DNA of 62,465 bases from positions 18,294,763 to 18,357,227 of the forward strand of contig NC_057720.1 in the NCBI RefSeq assembly GCF_004010195.1. The letters run 5' to 3'. Position numbers and translations under genes: made by a program. The first letter of the stretch is position 1, and each line of letters opens with the position of its first letter. This document shows, piece after piece, positions 22,715-34,505 of the stretch. The notes beneath the pieces were generated by a model, which was given only the letters and a program-made list of their open reading frames with translations, ran no database searches and had not been told where the DNA came from. The stretch comes from Chiloscyllium plagiosum. Lineage: Eukaryota.

Positions 22715-25700
22715 TAACTGCAATTTAGTCAATTTAATAAGGGGTCACTTGTGATACCAGATAAAGGAATTGAACCAGCCATACGGTCTTCTAAATATTT
22801 GCTTAGTAAAAAGCAGAGGAGGCATTCGTATAGGATACAACAGGCAGGGCAGAATGTTATTTTTAATGAGGGCTACCCAACCTAACCAAGACATCGGAAG
22901 TGCCTCACATCCACGAAGGTCCTGCTTCATTCTGTCGAATAAATGGGCAAAATTGGCTTTAAATAGTCTATCAAAAATGGGAGTAATAAATATACCTAAG
23001 TAGAGAAAGCTGTCCTGCAACCATCTAAAGGGGATCCGAGATCTGCCCTCAGGGTCAGGCACTGTCGAGAAACCACCCATGGCTATGGCCTCTCACTTTG
23101 CAAAATTGATCTTATAACCCGAGAAGCCTTCAAATGAATTGATGCATTGTATCAAGAGTGGCACTGAGACTGTTGGGTTTGATAAGAAGACAAGAAAGTC
23201 ATCCGCATACAGTGCGATCTTATGTGACTTAGTCCTCACTTCTGAACTGGTTATACTGGGATCCCTACGTATTGCCTCCACTAGCAGTTTGATTACTAAT
23301 GTGAAAAGCAATGGTGACAAGGGACAGCCCTGTCAATTGCACCTACAAATATTAAAATTGCTTGATCGTATACCATTGGTGAGGACCGCGGCAAGAGAAT
23401 CACTATACAAAACCTCCACCCACCTGATGAAGGTTTCTCCCAGGCCAAACCGCTTCAAAGTATGAAAAAGATATGCCCATTGGACCCTGTCAAATGCCTT
23501 TTCCGTGACCTTTTATGAACCCCATCTGGTCCTCCTTAATGATGGAGGGCAGTACAGTTTCTAGCCTTAATGCCAGAGTCTTGGACAGGATTTTCCAAGT
23601 CGACATTCAGGCTTGAAATGGGCCTACAGGAAGCACAGTCTCTGGGCCCTTCCCTTTTTTAAGAATGAGAGATGTTTGCCTCTCTTCAAGATGGTGGGTG
23701 GAGGCCACAACTATGTGAGTCATTGAACATGCAAAGCATCGGCCTTGACAATATACTTATAAATTCTTTATAGAACTCACTGGGAAGCCTGACAGAAACC
23801 GGTGCCTTTCCATTCTGGAGCTGCCTCACAGCCTACTGCACCTCCTGCTCTGACAATGGGGCATTGAGGAGAGACTCTTGTTCAGGGGTCACTCCCAGAA
23901 GGTCCAAATTCTTAAAAAAAGACTCTATCCTAACCCACCCATCTCACAGCTTTCAGATTGGTACAATTCAGAGTAAAATTTACAGAATGCTGCATTCATC
24001 CTTTTAGAATCATAGGTCAAATTTCCACTGTCCTCTCTGATCGAGGTAATGGACTGGGGGCACAATTTTTCCGAGCAAGATGTGCTAGGTACTAGCCTGG
24101 TTTATCCCCATGCTCAAACAGCCTTTGACTTGCAAATGTAAGCTCCCTCTTGGCTGTCTGTGTGAGCATGGAGTTTAGCATAGACCGGAGTGCCGTGATC
24201 CTCTGCAGTTTAACCAGTGAGGGCCTGTCAAAATATGCTTTTTTAGCTACTTTCAGATGTGCCTCTAGCAAGCGTTGCTGCCCACCCGTCTGCTGCTTCT
24301 TACTGGCTAAGTAGAAAATAAACAATCCCCTAGCATAGCCTTCAGCTGTTTCCCAAAGAATGGATGGGCTACTGGCTGAGTCTGAATTAATATCTAAAAA
24401 AAACCCTGAACTCGTAGAAAAGAATTCAATAAACTTGCTATCCTTGAGGATGAAGTGGTCCAGTTGCTAGTGCCTTGAGCCTACCACCGTATCCTTACTC
24501 TTAACCATTAAATATACTGGGGTGTGATCCGAAATAGCGATATTGCCAATTATACGAGGCCACCGAGCCCAGATGTGCTGTAGGGGTCAGAAAAAGATCA
24601 GTCCTAGTATGGCATTTATGTGGGTTTGAAAAGAACGTGAAGTCCCTGCCAGTAGGGTGAAGGTGCCTCCAAACATCTACCAATCCCAATTCAGCACACA
24701 AATCCCTTAACTGTTCAGATCGCAAAGAAGTTATCGGTAGGCCTTTGGGCAATCAGTCTACCGTAGGGTCTATGAGACAATTGAAATACCCTCCTATGAT
24801 GATATGTTGAGATGCAAGGTTAACCAGTCAAGAAAGTGTGTCTGTCAAGAATTTAAGGGAGTGGCCAGGGAACAGTTAACATTTAAGGTCCCATATTCTA
24901 CCCCATGTATCAAGGCTTTAAGGATTACAAATCTCCCGTGTGTGTCTTTAATGTACTCTAATAACTTAAATGGGATATTCTTTCTAACTAAAATGGCCAC
25001 CCCTCTACTCCTTGTATTAAAAGATGAAAAATAAAGCCAGTCATACCCATTCTGTTGCAGCTTCAAATGCTCTGCATCATCCAAGTGTGTTTCTTGTAAT
25101 AAGGCAACATCCACTCTCTCCCTTTTAAGGCTGGAAAGTACCTTCTTCCTCTTGACAGGTGAATGACTCCCCTTAATATTCCAGCCATAACCCTTTATAG
25201 CACCATTTAGACTCCAGAGAGGAAGAACCCGAACTACAGTTCGCTGAGCTTTAATGCAAAAGAATCCACAAAACCCAAAAACTACATCAACTAAAATAAC
25301 TAAAGCCAACAAATCTGCAAGACTTACAAAAACTTTGTGCAACAAAAACAGAAAAACAAAAAATCGCCAAAGACACTGATTAGAGGAATTTACCACCCCC
25401 CCCCCGCCGTTCAAAGGGGGTACCTACACATCCTACAACCCTACTGACCATCCCAATCACCCTCTCAATTCCTACCAGCTAGGGTTGTACCACATACACC
25501 GACCACCCAGTAGAGAAAAAAAAACAACCAAGAGCAAGGTCAGAACTATAAACAAGTAAACTAAAAATAAATATGTTACTTATCCCTTAACATAACTTAG
25601 GGGTTAAAGATAAATACTCTAACCATCCTGGACATCATTTCACACAACTTATTACCAAAAAGGAGACTCCACCAAATCCTTTTTAAAAAAGAGCAAACCT

Positions 25701-27466
25701 GAACAGTTCTGTCCTCTACACCTATTCGGCTATTCAACTTAAGTTAACTTGTCCTCAAAGTTCTTCGCTTTCTCCGGTGAGTCGAACAAATGTATGGATC
25801 AATTATAATTGATCTGAAGCACCGCTGGATATCTTAAAGAATACTGGATCCCAAGTTCTCTCAATCTCCTCTTGACACCATCGGAGGATTTCCTTTTCCA
25901 GACCACTACCACCGAGAAGTCTTGAAAAAGCATGACTCTGGAACCATCACATACCAATGCCCTTGAATCCCTCCCCTGGGCTCCAGAGGCTTCCATGACC
26001 GTTTGCTTGTCTTTATAATGATGAAACCTGACCAGGACAGGGCATGGGCGTTGATCCACACTTGGCTTTCGTGGCCGGTGGGCTCTCTCAATTGTTATCC
26101 TTCCCTTCTCAACCTCCAAACCAAGGAATTCCGGGAACCACTTCTCAAAGAACTCCACCTGCTACTCACCTTCCCTCGCCTCCAGTATGCCAACAGTGCG
26201 CAGGTTCTTTCTTCTGCCCATGTTTTCGAGATTGTCTACCAGATCCAACAGACCATGGACCTGTGTTTCCAGGGCTTCAATCCAGCTCTTGCAGGAGGCA
26301 GCCTCTGCCCCTATCCCTGTAGCCCAGCGCTGGAGCTCATCGGTCCTTTTTCCCAAGTCTTGCAGCATAGCAGATACAGGAGCCAGCTTCTCTTTGATTT
26401 TTCTCCTGGATCTGCCTCCCCAGGACTTCCGCGAGATTTGGCCAACTTCTCAACCAGGGTCTGGTGAGTAAGGAAGCCCGCTGCTTCAGTGGGCAGGGCC
26501 GTGGCCCAGGCCCCAGGCGAGCTTCCTCCTTTCTTCGCCATTCTGCTGCAAGAACAAAGGTAAGTACATTTTTTTCAGGTTGCTAGTTCCTTTACTGTGT
26601 TTTTACTCAGAGTAAAGTGTCAGAGATGGATCTTGGCTCTGTCGGGTTAGTGTTGCAGTGCAGAGCCCAGCAAACGCATCCTGACAGGACACCGCCAGCA
26701 CGGATCCCTCCTTGTTATTTTTTAAATACGTACACAGTACTCCAGGTGCGACATCACCAGGTCCCTGTACTGTTGTAACAAAACTTATCTAATTTTTAAA
26801 CACCTTGGGACTAAAGGACAAAATTACATTGTCCTTCTTAATTACTTGTGGCACCTTAATCACTCTTCCTGTGAAATGTGTTTCCTGATCTGAATTTATC
26901 TGTATGGGTATTCCCCATCTCTTCTAACACTACACTAGCAGCATTTTTGATGTGGAATAGGCTTCTACTCACCCTGTAAATGACTGAACAATTAGGTTTT
27001 CCCCAACTCAATGGGGGAGATCCTGTGAAATTATTTTTAAGTGCTCCCATGGCTCGCCTGATTAGGGATGTGTGACATGGGCATCTTGATTGTCTTCCCA
27101 GTCAGTTTGGGCATTTAACAGACATTGCTAACATTGTTTTGCCCATTTCATGCCACCACCAACATCTGCTCATCCTCCCCAACATGGTATCCCTCCCATG
27201 GTATGCATTTCCTTGATATATTTTTATGCTGAATGGCCACCATCCTTTCTTCTCTTTGTCAGATGCCATCAGCACCTTTTACCACTCCTTGTATACCACC
27301 TTGCTTTTTCCTCCTCTTCTGGATCCCTGACCTAATATTTCTTTCCATTATGTAATTTGTTATAGAATGTTGAAGTGCCTTAACAGGTTTTATTATGTTA
27401 AAGGTACTATATAAATACATGCAGCTTGTATAATATTATACGGAATAAACATTCAGAGGGTCTGTG

Positions 27467-27782
27467 ATTAGATTAGATTACTTTACAGTGTGGAAACAGG
27501 CCCTTCGGCCCAACAAGTCCACACCGACCCGCCGAAGCGCAAACCACCCATACCCCTACATTTAACCCTTACCTAACACTACGGACAACTTAACATGGCC
27601 AATTCACCTGACCTGCACATCTTTGGACTGTGGGAGGAAACCGGAGCACCCGGAGGAAACCCACGCAGACACGGGGAGAATGTGCAAACTCCACACAGTC
27701 AGTCGCCTGAGGCGGGAATTGAACCCGGGTCTCTGGCGCTGCGAGGCAGCAGTGCTAACCACTGCGCCACCGTGCCACCGAT
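27467..27782 (-). mobile_element. HE1-like V-SINE, full length
   Basis: Reverse complement of the 9397 copy; (gatta)n tail at 27467-27480. Confidence 0.95.
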
Positions 27783-27854
27783 GCAGTGGTATTGTCCCTA
27801 CCATTAGGCCAGAAAGTCCTGGTTCAATTCACACTTCAAATTGTGATTGTCAGA

Positions 27855-28005
27855 GAATCATAGAATCCTTACAGTGTGGAAACAGACCATGAGGCCCAAC
27901 AAGTCCACACCAACCATTCGAAGATTATCCTACCCCCCCCCCCCCCCCCAACCCTATTACTCTACATTTACCTCTGACTAATGCACATAACCTACACATC
28001 CCTGA
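27855..28005 (-). mobile_element. SINE 3' fragment (older HE1-like subfamily)
   Basis: 'atcatagaatccttacagtgtggaaacagacc...aagtccacacc'. Confidence 0.6.
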
Positions 28006-28187
28006 ACACATGTTGTAACATACTCAAAAATCTTGGTAAAAGAAATTTGCAGAGTGAAACAAACAAAAACACAACTTATTTTTGCCTCCAAGTAGGATGA
28101 ATAAACTTGATACTGATATTCAGCTGATGATATCTGTTTGAGTTGAAGCAGTTCAGTTTTCACATTCACTCAGCTCCTATGCCCTCT

Positions 28188-31100
28188 TGTGATGATGCTG
28201 CTCCTTCAACAAAGTTACATTGTCCTTGGTTTTTTTGTAAGAGAAGTCATAAAAGACACAGACTCCAAAAAAGTCTAAGTTGAAGTGTTTCGGGGCCAGT
28301 TTCAGGCCCAGTCTGGATGGGTATATGCATAGGAAGGGATTGGAGTGATATGGGCCAGGTACTGGCAGGTGAGACTAGATTGGGTTGGGATATCTGGTCA
28401 GCATGGACAAGTTGGACCAAAGAGTCTGTTTCCGTGCTGTACATCTCCATGACTGTGTGATAAGGAAAGGACAACAGAAATGAAACAGTTTGAATTATGA
28501 ATCAAAACAGAGGAAAGAGAAAAAGAACAAATTGCTTTAGCAGAACAAAAAGAAAGAGAGAGAAGAGAAAGAGAGAGAATATGAGGAGGTGAAGAAAGCC
28601 ATCTTCAGTGCATCCTACAATAGTTCAGTTGCCTGAGTTACCACAGGCTTTTCAACCACAATAGGCAGCACTCCTACCTGTGAATCAGCTCTACCATAAG
28701 CAAGGACAAATTGTACTCCTGGAGCTGAGAGTTTGTCCAGTACTCCGACCACAACTTCTCCACTTTTGAAGGGACACTCTAACTTCACTTTTGTGCATAT
28801 GAGCTTCTGCCTGAGACCTACAGACAACATTTCAGGAATCTAAGAAGGGACTCTGGTCAAACCTACATGGAGTTTGAAAGGATCAAATAAAGTAATTTTG
28901 AGAGGTGGATAAGGGACCACAACTTCTCCACTTTTCAAGGGACACTCTAACTTCACTTTCGTGCATATGAGCTTCTGCCTGAGACCTACAGACAATGTTT
29001 CAGGAATCTAAGAAGGGACTCTGGTCAAACCTACATGGAGTTTGAAAGGATCAAATAAAGTAATTTTGAGAGGTGGATAAGGGCATTAAAAATAGAGTTG
29101 AAAAATGTGTTGCTGGAAAAACAACACATTTTTCAACTCTGATCTCCAGCATCTGCAGTTCTCACAGCAAACCTCTGATGTTCTTAGAGAGACAATTATT
29201 TTGGAGGAGTTCAAAAATTCACTTACTGAAGTAATGAGAACTTATGAAAGAGCAGAGAGTTAAAATGACAAGATTAGCAGCTGAAATGACTGAGGATTAT
29301 TAGTTGGTCCATAAATCAAAGTTTGGCTTCCAAAATGAATTTTAATCCATGAGGGATAGAAACTGGGGGAAAAGAGAAATCTTCATGTAGGAAAACAGGA
29401 TAAGCCAGTGAATTTTGTTGGAGTGGTAACGGAAAGCACAGTGGAGGCAAGAAAGCTGTACCAGAATGTACAACCTGGTTGGAGATTGGCTAAGGAGAAA
29501 GTGCCAGATCTTTTTAAACCATTTTCCTGCGAAAGTAAAGTTTACTTATATAGGATAGGAGCACCAGATAAAACAGTTACAATATTAAGAGATACAGGAT
29601 TCTCTCAATCTTTGATGTTGAAAGATGAGGAGATATGTACCTCTGAAGACTATTGCCAGGAAAGGTACCAGTAATGTGAACTCATGTTGAGACAAAAAGC
29701 ACTCAGTTATGTAAAGAGAGATTAGAGTGTCCCTTGAAAAGTGGAGAAGTTGTGGTCGGAGAACTGGACAAACTCTCAGCTCCAGGAATACAATTTGTCC
29801 TTGCTTATGGTAGAGCGGATTCACAGGTAGGAGTGCTGCCTACTGTGGTTGAAAAGCCTATGGAAACTCAGGCAACTGAACTATTGTAGGATGCATATCC
29901 TGGGACCTTTCCTGACTGTGTGGTAATGAGATCACAAAGTCACCAGTTGAAACGGGAGAGATCAAAGAGTACAGATAAGAACCTTGAAATGGCATTAGCA
30001 GAGACCCTGTTTGATCAATGGTGGAGTCATAATAGAAGACAATAGATGACACAGCAGACATCTTTAGCTCAGATAAATTAGTTGAGTTACAGTAGAAAGA
30101 TGAAAATTTAAAGCAATTGTATCAAAAGGCATACACAGGAAAAGAATCCAAATGTATTCTGAATGTTATTATCTTAAAAATGATGCCTTGATAAGGAAAT
30201 GGAGGCCATCACATATTCAGGCAAATGGGAAGTGGGCAGAAGTTCATTAAATCGTGTTGCCAGTGGGTTATAGAAAGGAGGTGTTGCAAGTGGCACATGA
30301 GCTACCACTATGAGGTCATTTAGGAGTGAGAAAAACGCAAGTTAAAATACAAAAACATTTTTACTGGCCTGGACTGCACAAAGATGTAGTTGAGTTATGC
30401 CAGACGTGCCATACATGTCAGGTAATTGGAAAACCACAGACAGTAATAAAACCTGCACCTTTAATACCTATTCCTGCATTTGAGGAACCTTTTACAAGAG
30501 TTTAATTGATTGTGTAGGACCCCTCCTCAGACATAAAGTAGGAACCAGTATTTGTTAACAATAATGGATCTGTCCACTAGATTTCCAAAGGCCATACCAT
30601 TATGCAAGATCACAGCTAAAAGGATTGTAGAGGAGTTACTCAAATTTTTCACTAGATACGGACTACCCACAGAGAAACAATCAGATCAAAGGTCAAATTT
30701 CACATCAAAATTATTCAAAAACGTTATGGACAGCTTAGAAATAAAACAATTCAAATCTACTGCTTATCATCCAGAGTCACAGGGAGCACTAGAAAGGTGC
30801 ATCAGACATTAAAGACCATATTAAGGGCTTATAGTCAAGACTATCCAGATGATTGGGGTAAGGGAATTCTGTTTGTGTTTTTTTGTGATCAGAGATGCAC
30901 GAAATGAACTGACCAAATTCAGTCCATTTGAATTAGGTTTTGGACATGAAATGAGAGGAGCACCAGAATTAATTAAGGAGAAAATGGTAAGTCAGAATTT
31001 GGAGACCACATTTTGGACTATGTGTCAAATTTTCAGGACTGATTAAAGAGAGCGGGGGAGTTGGCTAGACAGCATTTTAAAATATCCCAGTATACCAATG

Positions 31101-33460
31101 AGACAGGATACAGACCAGAAGTCAAATATTCACAATATTTATATCAGGGATAAGGTGTTAGTGTTACTTCCAGTAATAGGTGAACATTTAAAACAAGGTT
31201 TAGTGGACCTTATGAAGTCAAAAGGAAATTGAGTGAGGTGAACTATTTGATAAAGACTCCAGACAGAAAGAAATTTCACAGAGTGTGTCATGTCAACATG
31301 CTCAAAAGATATTTTGACAGGGAAGGAAAGCAAGAGAAGAATGTGTTATTCGTTACAACACAGAGGGAAGAACCAAGTTCAGAGGATTCTGAATTGGACA
31401 TTTCTCAAATTAAATTGGAAATGTGGAAGTTGTCAAAAAATGGCATAACTTATTGAGTTACCTTCCAGAGGAAAATCAAAATGTCCTGAAAAGATATTAC
31501 TATCATTTAGGGAAACTTGTAGAAATAAACTGAGAAGTACTAACCCAATTATGCATGATGTAGATATAGGAGATGGAAATGTGTTGCTGGAAAAGCGCAG
31601 CAGGTCAGGCAGCATCCAGGGAACAGGAGAATCGACGTTTCGGGCATAAGCCCTTCTTCAGGAGATGCTGTTCTGATTAAGCAACATCCTTATAGACATA
31701 ACACTGTAATGTTGGCACAGGTTCAAAACAACATGCTCAAGACAACATAGTTAAAGTGAGTTACAGTGACTGGAGCTCACCCATAGTAATGGTGCCAAAA
31801 CCAGATGGTACCTAACAGTTATGTATGGACTATTGCAAAAGTCAATGCAGTTCCAAAGACTGATGCATATCTGATTTCGCATTTGGAAGAACTGTTTTGA
31901 AAAGGTGGGACAAGCAACTTATATTTCTAAGTTGAATTTGCTTAGAAGATACTGGCAGGTACCTTTGTCAGAAAAAGAGAAGGCAATTTTGGCTTTCGTA
32001 ATGCTGAATGGACAGTTGAAAGTCATGTCATTTCAGAGACTAACCAATGAGGTCATTGCCGGACTACCCAACTGTGTCATGTACAGAGATGACCTGGTGA
32101 TTTTTAGTCACACATGGAAGGAACATTGCAACATTTATCAGACTTGTCGATCGACTTCGGAAGGCAGGCTTGGTGATAAGACTGGCTAAAAGTGAATTTG
32201 CCAAAACCCAAGTCACCTTCCTGGGCCAAATGGCTCCAAGGGATGCAAAACCAAAGGTTGTTGGGAGTTTCCCATACCACTGACAAAAAGAGTACTATGA
32301 TTCCTGGGATTGAGCAGATTTTATTGAAATTTTATACCAAATTTTAGCAGCATGGCTGCTCCACTCATTGAATTGCTAAAGAAAAAGTAAAAGGTTTCAG
32401 AAGACAAAAGGCATTTGACAGCCTGAAAGCTGTTTAGGAGAAAGTGGGGATTGCAGATGCTGGAGATCAGAGCTGAAAATGTGTTGCTGGAAAAGTGCAG
32501 CAGGTCAGACAGCATCCAGGGAGCAGGAGAATTGACTTTTCAGGCATAAGCCCTTCTTCAGCCATTCCTGAAGAAGGGCTCAGGCCCGAAACGTCGATTC
32601 TCCTGCTTCTTGAATGCTGCCTGATCTGCTGCGCTTTTCCAGCAACACACTTTCAGCCTGAAAGCTGTGTTAACCACTGCCCCAGTATTAGCCACACCTA
32701 GTTATGCAAAGCCATTCAAGGTGGCTATCGATGTGAGTGATGTGGGTGTGAGTGCTGTGCTCTTGCAGGAAGACAACGAGAAGATAGAAATATCTATTGG
32801 GTACTTCTCCAGGAAATTGAACATTCATCAGGAGAAATAATCAATGATTGAGAAGGAGACTTTGAGCTTGGCATTGACATTACAACATTTCAATGTTTAT
32901 GTTGCCATTACCTGCAACAAGTGTATACACTGATCATAAATCATTGAAGTTTGTGGAAAAATTTAAGGACAAAACAGCCAGACTGTTTAGATGGAGCTTG
33001 TTATTACAGCCATTCAGTTTGAAGATTATGCATGTGTCAGGATGAAAAATCGTGATTGCTGATGCATTGTTGAGAGTCAAATGGGAAAAGGAGGCGTTCG
33101 GTGGCAGGAATACAACAGAATAAATAGAATGTAATTGTGCATGTTTGCATGTTTATAATCAATGTAATGTATATATATGGTGTAGGGTACTAACAGTTTA
33201 AGATTAATGGGTTTTAAAATGAAGCCATCTTTGGATATTGATGGATTATTTTTAAGGAGAGGGTTGTGATGCTGTTGCTCCTCTAACAAGGTTATGTTGT
33301 CCTTGGCTTTTTTTCAGCGAGGTCATAAAAGACACAGACTCCAAAAAGTCTAAGTTGAAGGGTTTCAGGGCCAGTTTGATTCCAGCTAACAGATACTGCC
33401 TCAGGGAAAAAGGCTTTCATGTTTAAAAAAAACACTTGTACAATGGAAGAGGAGTGGCCG
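28188..33460 (+). mobile_element. Gmr1-like (Ty3/Gypsy) LTR retrotransposon, decayed; order gag-PR-INT-RT-RH
   Basis: Matching LTR starts TGTGATG.. at 28188 and 33265 (shared 'gtcataaaagacacagactccaaaaa'); PPT aaggagaggg 33254-33263; gag-like YELLPETYRQHFRNL; ILRDTG protease (~29580); integrase GHLG/YWPGLHKDV/CQTCHTC, TRFPKAIPL, SDQ, YHPESQGALER (30300-30800); RT WSSPIVMVPKPDG..YRDD (31770-32100); RNase H PFKVAIDVSDVGVSAVLLQ (~32710). Confidence 0.9.
32434..32653. mobile_element. Palindromic PLE-tail insertion inside the LTR element pol
   Basis: Inverted arms; duplicated cagcctgaaagctgt (32419-32433 / 32654-32668). Confidence 0.85.
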
Positions 33461-33710
33461 AAATGGATTTGACTGAGACAAGGTGGGGGGAGGGGAAATG
33501 AGGAAACTGGTGAAATCCGAGTTCATCCCTTGTGGTTGGAGGGTTCCTAGGCGGAAAATGATGCACTCTTCCTCCAACCGTCTTGTTGTGGTTTGGCGAT
33601 GGAGGAGTCCAAAGACCTGCATATCCTTGGTGGAGTGGGAGGGGGAGTTAATTCTCCTGTTCCCTGGATGCTTCCTGACCTGCTGCGCTTTTCCAGCAAC
33701 ACATTTTCAG
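33460..33710 (-). mobile_element. PLE GIY-YIG C-terminal fragment plus inverted tail
   Basis: ORF 33401-33622(-) RRLEEECIIFRLGTLQPQGMNSDF. Confidence 0.8.
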
Positions 33711-33711
33711 C

Positions 33712-34505
33712 CCATATCCCTCCATACCTATCTCATCCATGTACCTGTCTAAATGTTTCTTAAATGACAAAATTGTACTCAGGTCCACCACAACCTCTGG
33801 CAGCCTGTTCCACCTCTGTGTGAAAAGATTGCCCCTCCTTTGTATCTCTCCCCTCTCACCTTAAATCTATGCCCTCTAGTTTCACACTCCCCTACCATGG
33901 GGAACAGCTTTCCGTTATCTACCTTACCTATGCCTCTCATAATTTTATATACCTCTATAAGGTCACCCCTCAGTCTCCTACATTCCAGGGAAAAGAGTCC
34001 CAGCCTATTCAACCTCTGCTTATAATACAAACCTTCCAGTCTGGTAGCAACCTAGTAAATCTTTTCTGCACTCTTTCTATTTTAATAATATCCTTTCTAT
34101 AGTAGGGCAACCAGAACTGCATACAGTACTCCAAATGTAGCGTCACCAACATCTTGTACAGATGCAATAAGTCATCCCGTCTCTATACTCAAAGCTCTGA
34201 CCAATGAAAGCTGGCATGCCGAAAGCTTCTTCATGCCTTGTCTGTCTGTGACTCCATTTTCAAGGAGCTATGAACCTGGAGCCCCAGACCTCTGTATTCT
34301 ATAACACTCCCTGGGGCCCTACCATCGACTGTGTAAGACCTACCCTAGTTTGCTTTACCAAAATGCAACACCTTACATTTATCTAAATCAGACTCCATCT
34401 GCCATTCCTGAGCCCACTGGCCCAGTTGATCAAGATCTTGCTGTATTCCCAGATAACCTTCTTCACTGTCCACTGTACCACCAATCTTGGTGCCATCCAC
34501 AAACT
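33712..34505 (-). mobile_element. CR1 ORF2 3' half
   Basis: KFVDGTKIGG..WQMESDLDKCKVLHFG; RLGLFSLECRRLRGDLIEVYKIMRG. Confidence 0.88.

Larger units (their letters stand above)
21055..26712 (-). mobile_element. Full-length L1-clade LINE (~5.7 kb), inactivated
   Basis: ORF1 about 26541-25740 (MAKKG.., LENMGRRKNLRTVG, IERAHR, FQDFS, LRYPA); ORF2 about 25200-21350 (WNIKG..LLQETHL endonuclease, LYADD RT, CPKCK..HYLWSC); AATAAA plus A-tail; TSD tgttatttttt at 21043 and 26713. Confidence 0.95.
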
